A stretch of DNA of 64,000 nucleotides from the NCBI GenBank assembly GCA_038237845.1, contig JBBRYH010000003.1, positions 80,483 through 144,482 of the forward strand, read 5' to 3'. Position numbers and translations under genes: made by a program. Shown here one piece after another: positions 29,460 to 40,400 of this stretch. The notes beneath the pieces were generated by a model, which was not told the DNA's origin, did not search any database, and saw only the letters and a list, made by a program, of their open reading frames with translations. Each line of letters begins with the position of its first letter. Within the stretch, counting starts at the first letter, position 1. Source of the DNA: Bacteroidia bacterium. Its GTDB lineage: Bacteria; Bacteroidota; Bacteroidia; Palsa-965.

Positions 29460-30527
29460 ATGCACAATTTTTCTGCTGGTCCAGGAATACTTCCTGTTGA
29501 TGTTTTGAAACAGGCCTCAGAAGCTTGTCTCAATTTTGACAACATGAATCTTTCTCTCCTTGAAATTTCACATCGCAGCAAAAACTTTGAAGCAGTGATG
29601 GATGAATCCAGAGAATTAGTAAAAGAATTATTAGGTGTTGGAAGTAATTATCAGGTGCTTTATTTGGGTGGTGGCGCCAGTCTTCAATTTGCAATGGTTC
29701 CTTATAATTTATTGCGAACAGATGGAACTGCTGCCTATGTTTCAACAGGAGTTTGGGCTGCTAAAGCAATTAAAGAAGCAAAAACGATAGGCAATACAAA
29801 AGTGATCGCTTCATCTGAAGATAAAAATTACGCTTACATTCCAAAGAATTATGAAATTCCTACGGATGCAGACTATTTGCATATCACTTCTAACAATACG
29901 ATTTACGGAACCCAGATAAAATCATTTCCAAAAACAAATGTTCCGCTTGTTTGCGACATGTCTTCAGATATGTTCAGTAAGCCTGTAGATGGAAATCAAT
30001 TCGCCTTAATTTATGCTGGTGCTCAAAAAAATATGGGTCCTGCAGGTGCAACCATGATTGCTGTTCGTGAAGATATCCTTGGCAAATCAGGAAGAAAAAT
30101 GCTTTCCATGTTAGATTACCAAGTTCATATCAAAGGTGGCTCGATGTATAATACACCTCCAGTTTTTTCAATTTACGTTTGTATGTTGACACTTCGTTGG
30201 CTTAAACAAAATGGAGGATTAAAATGGATTGAAAAAATAAATCAGGATAAAGCTTCGATGATTTACGGTGAGATTGATCGGAATAGTATGTTTTCGGGAA
30301 CTGTTTTGGATAAGGAAGATCGTTCTTTTATGAATGCTTGTTTTGTTTCTTCACGTCCTGAATTAGAACCTGAGTTTGACAAAATGTGGAAAGCAGCAGG
30401 AATCGACGGAATACGCGGACATAGAGATGTTGGTGGTTATCGCGCTTCACTTTATAATGCACTTCCTTTAGAAAGTGTAAAAGTTCTAGTTGAAGTAATG
30501 CAGGAATTTGAAAAGAAATTCGCTTAA
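29460..30527 (+). CDS. serC: phosphoserine aminotransferase
   Basis: SerC N-terminal motif HNFSAGPGILP and the PLP-Lys region. The longest ORF starts at 29433. The ATG at 29460 matches the family N-terminus. Confidence 0.88.
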   Translation: MHNFSAGPGILPVDVLKQASEACLNFDNMNLSLLEISHRSKNFEAVMDESRELVKELLGVGSNYQVLYLGGGASLQFAMVPYNLLRTDGTAAYVSTGVWAAKAIKEAKTIGNTKVIASSEDKNYAYIPKNYEIPTDADYLHITSNNTIYGTQIKSFPKTNVPLVCDMSSDMFSKPVDGNQFALIYAGAQKNMGPAGATMIAVREDILGKSGRKMLSMLDYQVHIKGGSMYNTPPVFSIYVCMLTLRWLKQNGGLKWIEKINQDKASMIYGEIDRNSMFSGTVLDKEDRSFMNACFVSSRPELEPEFDKMWKAAGIDGIRGHRDVGGYRASLYNALPLESVKVLVEVMQEFEKKFA

Positions 30528-30585
30528 TATTTTTTAAGAATTAATGAATGTCATTATTTCTATCTCCCTTATTTAATTCACTATA

Positions 30586-31536
30586 ATGTCAAAAAAAATT
30601 CTTGCAAACGACGGTATTGATGCTAAAGGAAAAGAGTTGTTGGAAAAAGCCGGTTATGAAGTCGTCACCGAAAAAGTAGATCAGAATAAATTAGTTGAGG
30701 AAATCAATGCAAAGGAGTATGTTGGATTGACAGTACGTTCTGCAACTAAAGTCAGAAAAGATTTAATTGATGCTTGCCCTAATTTGAAAGTAATTGGCCG
30801 TGGTGGTGTTGGAATGGATAACATAGATGTTGATTACGCCCGTGAAAAAGGTTTGCATGTTATCAATACTCCTGCTGCCTCTTCTCACTCTGTAGCAGAA
30901 TTAGTTTTTGCCCATTTTTTCGGAATGGTTCGTTTCCTGGATGATTCAAATCGCCAGATGCCGATGAAAGGTGCAACTGAATTTGATTCATTGAAGAAAA
31001 AATATTCTAAAGGAATTGAGTTAAAAGGCAAAACACTTGGCATTATTGGTTTCGGAAGAATCGGACAGGAAGTTGCGAAGATTGGCTTGGGAATCGGAAT
31101 GAAAGTAATTGCTCACGACCCATTTCTTACGGAAGCATTAATTGAAATTGACATTCATGGTGTTTCACCTGTTCGTGTAAAAATTGAAACACTTCCGATG
31201 GATAAAATACTCGAAGAAGCAGATTTCCTCACGTTACATGTTCCAGGTGGTAAAGTAATAACGGCTGATCAATTTGCAATTATGAAAACCGGAGTTTGCT
31301 TGGTGAATGCCTCACGCGGTGGAGTGATCGATGAAAATGATTTAATCGAAGCATTGAATTCCGGAAAAGTCGCTCATGCTGCGTTAGATGTTTTTGTTAA
31401 CGAACCGAATCCAATGAAAGAAATTCTCACACATGAAAAAATTTCTTTAACTCCACACATCGGCGCCGCAACGGAAGAAGCACAAGAAAGAATTGGAATT
31501 GAATTAGCCGAAAAAATAATTGTTGCATTGTCTTAA
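30586..31536 (+). CDS. serA: D-3-phosphoglycerate dehydrogenase (short form without ACT domain)
   Basis: 316 aa. D-isomer-specific 2-hydroxyacid dehydrogenase with NAD Rossmann motif GIIGFGRIGQEVA and catalytic R/E/H. It lies directly after serC. Confidence 0.85.
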   Translation: MSKKILANDGIDAKGKELLEKAGYEVVTEKVDQNKLVEEINAKEYVGLTVRSATKVRKDLIDACPNLKVIGRGGVGMDNIDVDYAREKGLHVINTPAASSHSVAELVFAHFFGMVRFLDDSNRQMPMKGATEFDSLKKKYSKGIELKGKTLGIIGFGRIGQEVAKIGLGIGMKVIAHDPFLTEALIEIDIHGVSPVRVKIETLPMDKILEEADFLTLHVPGGKVITADQFAIMKTGVCLVNASRGGVIDENDLIEALNSGKVAHAALDVFVNEPNPMKEILTHEKISLTPHIGAATEEAQERIGIELAEKIIVALS

Positions 31537-31584
31537 AATACAACACACGCTACTCAATACCCACTACTCAATAAATCATACGAC

Positions 31585-32832
31585 ATGGCAACCGTTGTCC
31601 CCTTCAAAGGAATACGCCCAACTCGCGACAAAGTTCAGCTGGTCGCATCGCGTTCTGTCGACAATTATTCTACAGGCGATCTTCACGAAAAACTGCGTGG
31701 CAATCCATTTACTTTTCTCCATGTTATTCATCCTGACTTCATGGATGGTAAAAAAACAAAACCAGGTTCGCCCGACAGATTAAAAAAAGTAAAAGCCCAA
31801 TACGAAACCTTTCGAGAAGAAGGAATCTTTTTACAAGATGAAAATCTATGTTATTATGTTTACCGTCAAGAAAAATTAGGGAATACATTTACAGGAATAA
31901 TTGCTTGCACAAGTATTGATGATTACCTCAAAGGCACAATAAAAATTCACGAACAAACTTTAACAGAACGTGAGAAAAAACTGAAAGCCTATCTTGAAGT
32001 TTGTGATTTTAATGCAGAACCAGTACTATTTTGTTATCCTGATCAGGTAGGAATCGAAAAAATTACTGCTAAAGCAACTTCTGTTCGTGCTGAATATGAT
32101 TTTACAACTACAGATAGAGTTCATCATTTACTCTGGGTAATCAGCGACCAGAAAGAAGTTAGTGAACTTCAAAATTATTTCGAAAAAGTTCCTGCTATTT
32201 ATATTGCAGATGGGCACCATCGTTCTGCCTCCTCCACATTACTTGGCCAATCACGCAGAGAAAAAAATCCTTCTTTTACAGGCAAAGAACCTTGGAACTA
32301 TTACCTCGGTGTATTTTTTCCCGAATCACAATTAAAGATTTTTGATTTCAATCGAGTCGTAAAAGAATTGAATGGTTTAAGTGAAGTAGAATTTCTTAAT
32401 GCACTCAAAAAAGATTTTGAAATTATTAATCATGGCAACACCATTTTTCGTCCTGCAAAGAAACACACCTTTTCGATGTATCTCGATTCAAATTGGTATG
32501 AATTAATATTGCATAAAGAATTGGTTCATGATGAACAACCCGTTGAGTCTTTAGATGCATATTTGTTGAGCCAACTTATCCTATCACCTATTCTCGGCAT
32601 ACATGATTTAAAAACTGATCCTCGAATTGGTTTTGTTTCAGGTATCAAAGGATTTGAAGAATTAAAAAACCAAGTAGATAATTGGAAATTCAAAGCTGCC
32701 TTTGGTTTATTTCCTGTGCAGATGGATGAATTGAAAAAGGTAGCTGACGCAGGAAATATCATGCCGCCGAAAACTACATGGGTTGAACCAAAGATGCGTT
32801 CTGGACTTGTGATATTTTCATTATCTGAATAA
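31585..32832 (+). CDS. DUF1015 domain protein
   Basis: 415 aa. The N-terminal MATVVPFKGIRPT... is characteristic of DUF1015. This family is commonly encoded with serA/serC. Confidence 0.8.
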   Translation: MATVVPFKGIRPTRDKVQLVASRSVDNYSTGDLHEKLRGNPFTFLHVIHPDFMDGKKTKPGSPDRLKKVKAQYETFREEGIFLQDENLCYYVYRQEKLGNTFTGIIACTSIDDYLKGTIKIHEQTLTEREKKLKAYLEVCDFNAEPVLFCYPDQVGIEKITAKATSVRAEYDFTTTDRVHHLLWVISDQKEVSELQNYFEKVPAIYIADGHHRSASSTLLGQSRREKNPSFTGKEPWNYYLGVFFPESQLKIFDFNRVVKELNGLSEVEFLNALKKDFEIINHGNTIFRPAKKHTFSMYLDSNWYELILHKELVHDEQPVESLDAYLLSQLILSPILGIHDLKTDPRIGFVSGIKGFEELKNQVDNWKFKAAFGLFPVQMDELKKVADAGNIMPPKTTWVEPKMRSGLVIFSLSE

Positions 32833-32833
32833 A

Positions 32834-33490
32834 ATGTCAATTTCGGAAAATATTTTAAACGCAAAAAAAGAACTTCCTCCCGAAGTAACTCTTCTTGCTG
32901 TTTCGAAAACAAAACCAGTAGAAGATATTCTTGAAGCCTACCATGCTGGCCAATTTGATTTTGGTGAAAATCGCGTTCAGGAATTAGAATTAAAATACAA
33001 AGCCTTACCAAAGGATATTCGGTGGCACTTAATTGGGCATTTACAAACTAATAAGGTGAAATTTATTGCACCTTTTGTTCACCTTATTCATTCAGTTGAT
33101 TCCGAAAAGTTACTTTACGAAATAAATAAAGAAGCAGTAAAATGCAATCGTATAATTTCAGTTTTGTTGCAAATTTATATTGCTGATGAAGAAACAAAAT
33201 TCGGTTTTTCATTTGAAGAAGCAGATTTAATATTAAATGCAAATCCAAAAACAAAATACCCCAACGTTCGCATTCAGGGATTCATGGGCATGGCGACAAA
33301 CACAGAAAATCAAAATAAAATAAGAGAAGAATTTAATTCGCTCAAACAATTCCTTTTAAAAAATGAATCCGCCATTGACAATTCGCAATCGGCAATTCTT
33401 TCCATGGGAATGAGTTCTGATTGGAAAATTGCAATTCAGGAAGGGAGTACCATGATTCGCTTAGGAAGTTCACTTTTTGGTACGCGATAA
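32834..33490 (+). CDS. yggS: YggS-family pyridoxal-phosphate homeostasis protein
   Basis: 218 aa. LLAVSKTKP (PLP-Lys) and C-terminal ...SMGMSSDW.IAI..GST.IRLGSSLFG. One-nucleotide gap after the DUF1015 gene. Confidence 0.85.
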   Translation: MSISENILNAKKELPPEVTLLAVSKTKPVEDILEAYHAGQFDFGENRVQELELKYKALPKDIRWHLIGHLQTNKVKFIAPFVHLIHSVDSEKLLYEINKEAVKCNRIISVLLQIYIADEETKFGFSFEEADLILNANPKTKYPNVRIQGFMGMATNTENQNKIREEFNSLKQFLLKNESAIDNSQSAILSMGMSSDWKIAIQEGSTMIRLGSSLFGTR

Positions 33491-33532
33491 AAATTAATTT
33501 AAAATTCAAACCTATCTTTTCTTGAACTAAAT

Positions 33533-34093
33533 TTGTCAAAATATTTTCCGATGGCTGAAGGCGACAAAAACAATAAAGACAATATTCCAGATCCATTTTT
33601 CCATGAGTCGGAAGAATATACTTCTGCATTTTTCGGAGAAGTTCCAGAAAAAATACTTGAAGCTTTTCCACTTAAGACAGATCAGAAAACAAAAAAAGAG
33701 TTGGTTATTCAATTAACTGACAAAGAAGTTCGCGATGCACGACCTGACGTACTGTTACTTTTAAAGGAAAACAATTCCCAGAATATTTTGTTGGAAATCA
33801 TCACCAACAAAACCTATAAAAGTCAACGTCACTTTATCATTGCTGCTTGTTGGGAAACTGGATTGGATTTCACGGCACATCTTGAAAAATTCATTAACCT
33901 TTTGGAAGATAAAGACACTGACGATTTTTCAATCATAGAAATCGCAACAGTTATTGACGAACTTCCAGGTCCCTTTGATGAAAAGGTTTTGGATAATTGT
34001 ATTTCCAAATTGGAAACCTTCTCTGTCAATGAACCTTTGAAACGTGAGATTTTAAGCGGCATTTCACTTCGCCTACGTTCATTTAAAAAATAA
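33533..34093 (+). CDS. hypothetical acidic protein
   Basis: 186 aa. No signal peptide. Acidic, probably alpha-helical. No family recognised. Confidence 0.35.
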   Translation: MSKYFPMAEGDKNNKDNIPDPFFHESEEYTSAFFGEVPEKILEAFPLKTDQKTKKELVIQLTDKEVRDARPDVLLLLKENNSQNILLEIITNKTYKSQRHFIIAACWETGLDFTAHLEKFINLLEDKDTDDFSIIEIATVIDELPGPFDEKVLDNCISKLETFSVNEPLKREILSGISLRLRSFKK

Positions 34094-34385
34094 AGCGTCC
34101 AAACATTTCAATTCCTTTCGCTTTATCCCACTTATCTTTCCATTCAAGGCCCTTTTTAATCCAACTAACGATTAGTTAACCGGAGGTTTTGAAGTATCAC
34201 TACTTTCGTTTCCGCATAGAATTGGCATTTCTATGCTTATCAATTTAATGCTTTTCAACATCTCAGTAAATCAGGTAATTTTCAATAGGTTAACTGATTT
34301 TGTATTGTTTAATATCCTCTTTTTTAGAGGTTATGAACATTTATTAACAGGCTATTAACACAAAAACTCAAGTTATCAATAGAAC

Positions 34386-34416
34386 CTTGAAGTTAGGTTA
34401 GTTAAGTCTAATTTTG
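34386..34416 (+). promoter_or_regulatory. putative Bacteroidota sigma-A promoter (-33 cTTG / -7 TAATTTTG) for the giant adhesin gene
   Basis: TAATTTTG at 34409-34416 matches the TAnnTTTG -7 consensus. The upstream CTTG at 34386-34389 is a 3/4 match to the -33 TTTG at the expected spacing. Low confidence. Confidence 0.25.
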
Positions 34417-34478
34417 CATTTCGCTCATAATATCAACCAAAAATAACATCCAATTTTTTGCAACATAAATCCAAACAC

Positions 34479-37400
34479 ATGACAAACACTTACAAAACAA
34501 ACCGAAAGAATTCAGCTTTTACGAATGGCATTCGTATGGCAGTATTGGCTTTCACTTTCTTAGCATTTGGCTTGAATTCAAATGCGCAGGTTTCTACTTA
34601 CACATTTGCTGCTTCGGCAGGAACCTATACTCCTATTTCCGGTGGAACTGTTCTTGGAACCCCGACTAATGATGATAACATATTTGCAAATAATCCAATT
34701 GGATTCCAGTTTTGCTATAACGGATCACTGTACACTGAGTTCGGTGTAAATGCGAATGGTTGGATTTATATGGGAAATTCAATTGGTTCAAGTTCATATA
34801 ATTCTTTAAGTACTGGTTTTACGAACAATGTAATTTCGGCTTTCAACTTTGATATTCAAGGAGAAGCTACAACAGGTGACCTTCAATATAAAGTACTTGG
34901 TTCTGCGCCTAATAGAACTTTGGTAGTTCAATGGTCAAATTATGATGCTTACCAAAGTGTTCTGAATACAGATGTTTACAATTTCCAGATTCGTTTATCA
35001 GAGACCACAAATCAAATCAGCAATGTTTACGGTTCATATACCTGTAACGTTGCGGCTCGTACAGCTCAAGTAGGTTTACGTGGTGCTTCAAATGCAGACT
35101 ATAATAACATCTCCGTTTCAAATGGTATTAACACTTGGGCAACACCAATTGCTGGTGTGACAAATGCTTCAACCGGAGAAATTAACAATACTCCTTTAGT
35201 TCCTGCCTCAGGACAAACTTATACTTGGTCACAACCTGCTGCACCTGCGCCACCAATCACATTGGCATTTTCTGCAGTTACTTCGACCGCAATGAATCTT
35301 TCATGGGTTGATAACTCAACAAACGAAGCAACTTTTTATGTTTATCGTTCAATTGACAATATCACTTTTACTTTGGTAAATACACAGGCTTCAACATCTG
35401 TTGCAACAACTGGTACAACTTACAATTTTGCAGCAACATCACTTTTCTCTAACACACTTTATTATTGGCGTGTTTTTGCAGGAAATGCAAATTGCGGAGG
35501 CACTCCCCTTACAGGGACACAAGCTACACTTGCAGGAACGATGTGCGGTACTTATACCATTGGACCCACAGGAGCTTATACTTCTTTAACTGCTGCTGTA
35601 GCTGCGGTGGTAACAAATGGCGTAAACTGTCCATTGATATTCGAATTTCAAGCGGCTTATTTAAGTACTGTAGAAACTTTCCCTATTGTAATTCCATTCT
35701 TAGGAAATGGCCCTGCTGCAACAATTACTGCCCGTCCTGAATTAGGTGCAACTAACCTTGCAATTACTTCTGCTGCAACACAAACTATTGATTTTAGTGG
35801 CGCAACCTATTTCAGTTTCGATGGTCGTCCTGGCGGAGTTGGTGTTTTATCACAACTTACAATCGATAATTCATCTATAACTGGTAATGCTGTTAGATTC
35901 ATCAATGATGCTCAGAATGATGGATTAAACTATATGAAAGTGCGTGGTGTAACTACTTCAGTTGCAACTGGTATTATTACTTTCGGAAACTCAATTACTA
36001 CAGGTAACAACAATAACTTTATTACCAATAGCGATATTACCAGTGGTGCTTCAAGTGCGGCGGTTTTAATTTATGGTTCTAATACCATAACAACTGCGCT
36101 TAATGCTGGAAACAATATCAGCAATAATAATATTTACAATTGGTTTAATGCAACGGCTGCTGATGCTGCTATTAGCATTAACGGAAGCTCATCTGCTTGG
36201 TCTATTACTAATAATAGCTTCTATCAAACTGCTAGTAGAACTTATACAATTGGTGTTTTACATTATGGCATTTTTATCAATAGCACAACAGGAACAACGG
36301 GTAACTTCACTGTCAATGGAAATTTCTTTGGTGGAAGTGCGGCAAATTGTGGCGGAAGCGCTTGGACAGATGGTGGTGCAGTCGCACATCGTTTTATTGC
36401 ACTTAATGTAACAACAGGCAGTGTTGGCATAAATAATATTCAGGGTAACACAATTAAAAATTTCAACTTCACTACTTCAAGTACTACCTCTACTACAAAT
36501 GGTATTTGGTGTGGTATCAGTCTTACAGGTACTTCTGCTAATATGAATGTTGGTACCACTACTCCTAATATAATTGGAAGCAATTCTGCAAATGGTCAGA
36601 TTGTAACACTTACATCTGGCTCAGGTGGTGCAACTGTAGGAATAAATTCTTCTGCTTCTGGAAACATAAATATTAATGGAAATCAAATTGGCGGAATTAC
36701 TGCTAACAGTACTTTACCCACAATTTCTTCAAGTATCAATGGAATTATTATTAGCTCAGGCTTCCCTTTAATTACAAATAACGTAATCGGAAGTGTAACA
36801 CTTGGAAGCAGTTTGGTAAATGCAATTAGTAACAGTATTACAGCAGGTCAGATTACTGGAATTAACAGTTCAGCGTTTTCAGGTGCTGTAATAATTACTG
36901 GCAATACAGTTTCTAACCTTACAAATCAATATGGCGGAACTTCCATAACAGGATATGTTCGTGGAATTGTTTCTACTAGCGGAATTAATACTATCAGTGG
37001 AAATACCATTGCAGCGTTATCAAACCTTGCACCGCAAACAGGTACTACAACAACAGCTTCTGTTATAGGAATCGGATTACAATCAACTTCTACAGCTATT
37101 CTTGGAAACCAAAGAGTTTTTGGAAATACAATTGGCGGACTTGCAAATGGTTCACCTTCAGGAAACGTTCAGGTCAATGGAATTTTAGTTACTTCATCAT
37201 TAACTACAGGATATACTTATAAAGTTTATAATAACAGTATTCAATCATTAGGTGCACCTCTTACTTCCGGAACTCCAATTATTGCTGGTATTCAGATTTA
37301 TGGTGGAACAGGACGTGTTTATAATAACATGGTTGTTCTTGGTGTTGATGTTCTTGGAAATGCAATCACTGCAAACCAAGAATATGATGGCATTTTCAAG

Positions 37401-40400
37401 AACACTGCAAATCAATCTACAATAGCTTTTAACTCCGTTTCTATTGCAGGAAATGGTGTTACTGCGGGAACCGCAAATACTTATGGATTCCGTCGCGCAA
37501 ATGGCCCAGTTGCAGCTCCAGTAGATTCTTTGTACAGCAATATTTTTTCTAACACCCGTTCAAATGGTGCAGGAACTGGATTCCATTATGGAACACAATT
37601 TAATGCTGTAACCGGAATTGTTTCTAACGGAAATGATTTTTATGGAACAGGAACTGGTTATCAAATGGGAGCAATTGGTGTTACTAACTATAACAGTGTT
37701 TCTGCTTGGACAGCAGCAACCACCTTTGATGCAAACTCTTTTGGTGTTGACCCTTTCTTCACTAGCACATTAAATCTTCACATCAATAATCCTGGTCAGA
37801 CTCCATTAGAATCAAGAGCGATTCCAATGGGAATTGTTTTTGACTTTGATAACCAAGTTCGTCCTGGACCAACAGCAATAAATGGCGGTGGTACAGGTCC
37901 TGATATTGGAGCTGATGAATTTGACGGATTTCCTGTTAACATCGACTTAGGCGTTCAGTTACTGGTTAGTCCACTTACTGTAGGTTGTCATACAGCAACA
38001 GAAAGAGTACGAGTACGAATTAAAAATAATGCAACTACCGCTATTAATATGGCTGTAAATAATGTAACCGTAAATGGAAGTGTAACTGGACCAAATCCAG
38101 TTGTGTTCCCAACGCTAACTATTACTTCCGGTGTTATCGCTGGTGGAGGAACCTTAGACACTACTTTATTATTAAATTATAATATGACATTGCCTGGTAC
38201 TTATGTATTCAATGCTGCAACTTCACAAGCACTTGATTTCGTAAATTCCAACGATGCAATGGGCGCAGTATCCATTTTCATTGGTGGCGGCGTAACTACA
38301 GTTTCACCTTCATCTATGTGTCTTGGCTTAGCAACAAATCTTGCAGTTGCAGGACAAACAAATGGAGGTACAATTCAGTGGCAGGAATCTGTTGATAATA
38401 TTACATGGACAAATATTGTAGGTGCAACAACAACTCCTTACAGCATTACTCCTACGCTGGATACAACTTGGTATCGCGCACAAGTTTGTGGATCATATAA
38501 CTCAATCTCAGATACTGCTAGAACAATTTTTGTATCTCCTGCCACAACTGTAGGTGCTACTCGTTGCGGAACTGGTCCGGTTACACTTACTGCAGCTGGT
38601 TCAGGAACTTTAAATTGGTATAACGTTCCAACAAATGGTTCACCAATTAATACAGGTACAACTTATTCTCCTACTGTTTCTACAACAACCACTTATTACG
38701 TTGAGAATTCTACTGGAACTTCCAATGGAATTCACCAAACAACATTTGCAGGTGGAAACGGTTCAGCTGGAAATGCGTTTACAGTAAAAGCACTTTCTAC
38801 ACCAATTACCATTACAAGTTTTGATGGCAACGTGAATGCTGGTACTTATACATGGGAAATTTGGTATCGTCCGAATGATTATTTGTTAAGCCCAGGATCA
38901 CAATTATCAAATGTTGGCTGGACACAGTTAGCAATTGTTCCCGGCGTTGTAAGTGCTGGTGCAGGATTACCAACTGCAATTCCTGCAGCATTAAGTCTTG
39001 TTATCCCTGCAAACACAACTTACTCTTTCCAAATTTTCACACAAACTGGAAGTGTAATTTATACAAACGGAACTGCATTAGGTGCACTTTATAATGCAAA
39101 TGCTGACCTTGAAGTTTATCAAGGACATGGTGGAACAGGATTTGCCGGAATGGTAAATAATCCTCGTGTGTTTAATGGACGAATTCATTACACTGCTGGA
39201 TGTTCAAGTTCACGTACATCTGTAGTTGCTACCGTAACTGCACCTCCTACAATCACAGCTGTGTCAGGCGCGCTTCAACTTTGTGGAAACGATACAACAT
39301 TATTAACAGTATCAAGTTCCAATACAAATTATGGATACACATGGTCACCAGCAACAATGTTGAATACAACCATTGGTGATTCTGTATTGTTCATGCCAAC
39401 AACACCTGGAAATTACACATACTATGTTGATGCATTAGATGGCGCAAGTGGATGTACAAATCGTGATACGGTTTCTATTACAATGAATGCAATTCCAACG
39501 ACAACTGCATCAGTAAACACTACACCGGTATGTGCAGGAAGTACTATCAACTTATCTGCTTCGCAGCCAGCATCCACTGTGCAGATTACTAATAACAATG
39601 TATTAAATACAAGCACAACCTATCCTGCTCCTTATGGAAATTGGTATGGTGGTTCTCGTCATCAAATGTTAATCCTTGCTTCAGAATTAACTGCTGCTGG
39701 TTTAACTTCTGGTAATCTTGCAGGCATGACCTTTCAGGTTACAAATACAAATGCATCAGCTGCCTTGACCAACTTCACAATTTCGATGGGTTCAACAGCC
39801 TTAACAGATTTGTCTGCAGGTTTTGCAGCGATAAGCGCAACAACTGTTTATACAAATCCAAGTTACGCTCCTACTGTTGGTGCCAATACGCACACTTTCT
39901 CAACTCCTTTCTTCTGGGATGGTTCATCGAATATTATTGTTGAAACTTGTTTCGCGAATTATACAACATTCCCGAATACCACTTTCACAAACAATTGTAC
40001 GATGCGTCAAACGACAACTACGTTTGTATCTACAGCTTATAATTTCTATGATAACACGGCAAACATTTGTGGAATTGCTAGCACAGCAACTGCAACTCAA
40101 CGCCCGAATATCGGATTCATCAGAAGCTTCAGTTCTTGGTCTTATAATTGGCTTCCTACTTTAAACGTTGCGAATCCAACTATGCAGAACACAACAGCTA
40201 CTCCTACTGTTACAACAAATTATATTGTTACAGTTACAGATGCATTAACTGGTTGCAACTCTTCTGATTCTGTGAATGTGGTTGTAAATCCAACGCCAAG
40301 TCCAATGTTAGGTGCTGATACTGCAATTTGTTCAAACACCGCATTAACTCTTGATGGTTCAACAGGAACTAACTATGGTTATTTATGGAACAATGCGGCA

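Noticed and set aside
34094-34457. Whether the repeated TTAAC-containing motifs in the adhesin leader are CRISPR-like or IS terminal repeats
   Set aside because: The motifs are short, irregularly spaced and not separated by unique spacers of constant length. No cas or transposase gene is nearby. A regulatory-site interpretation is retained instead.
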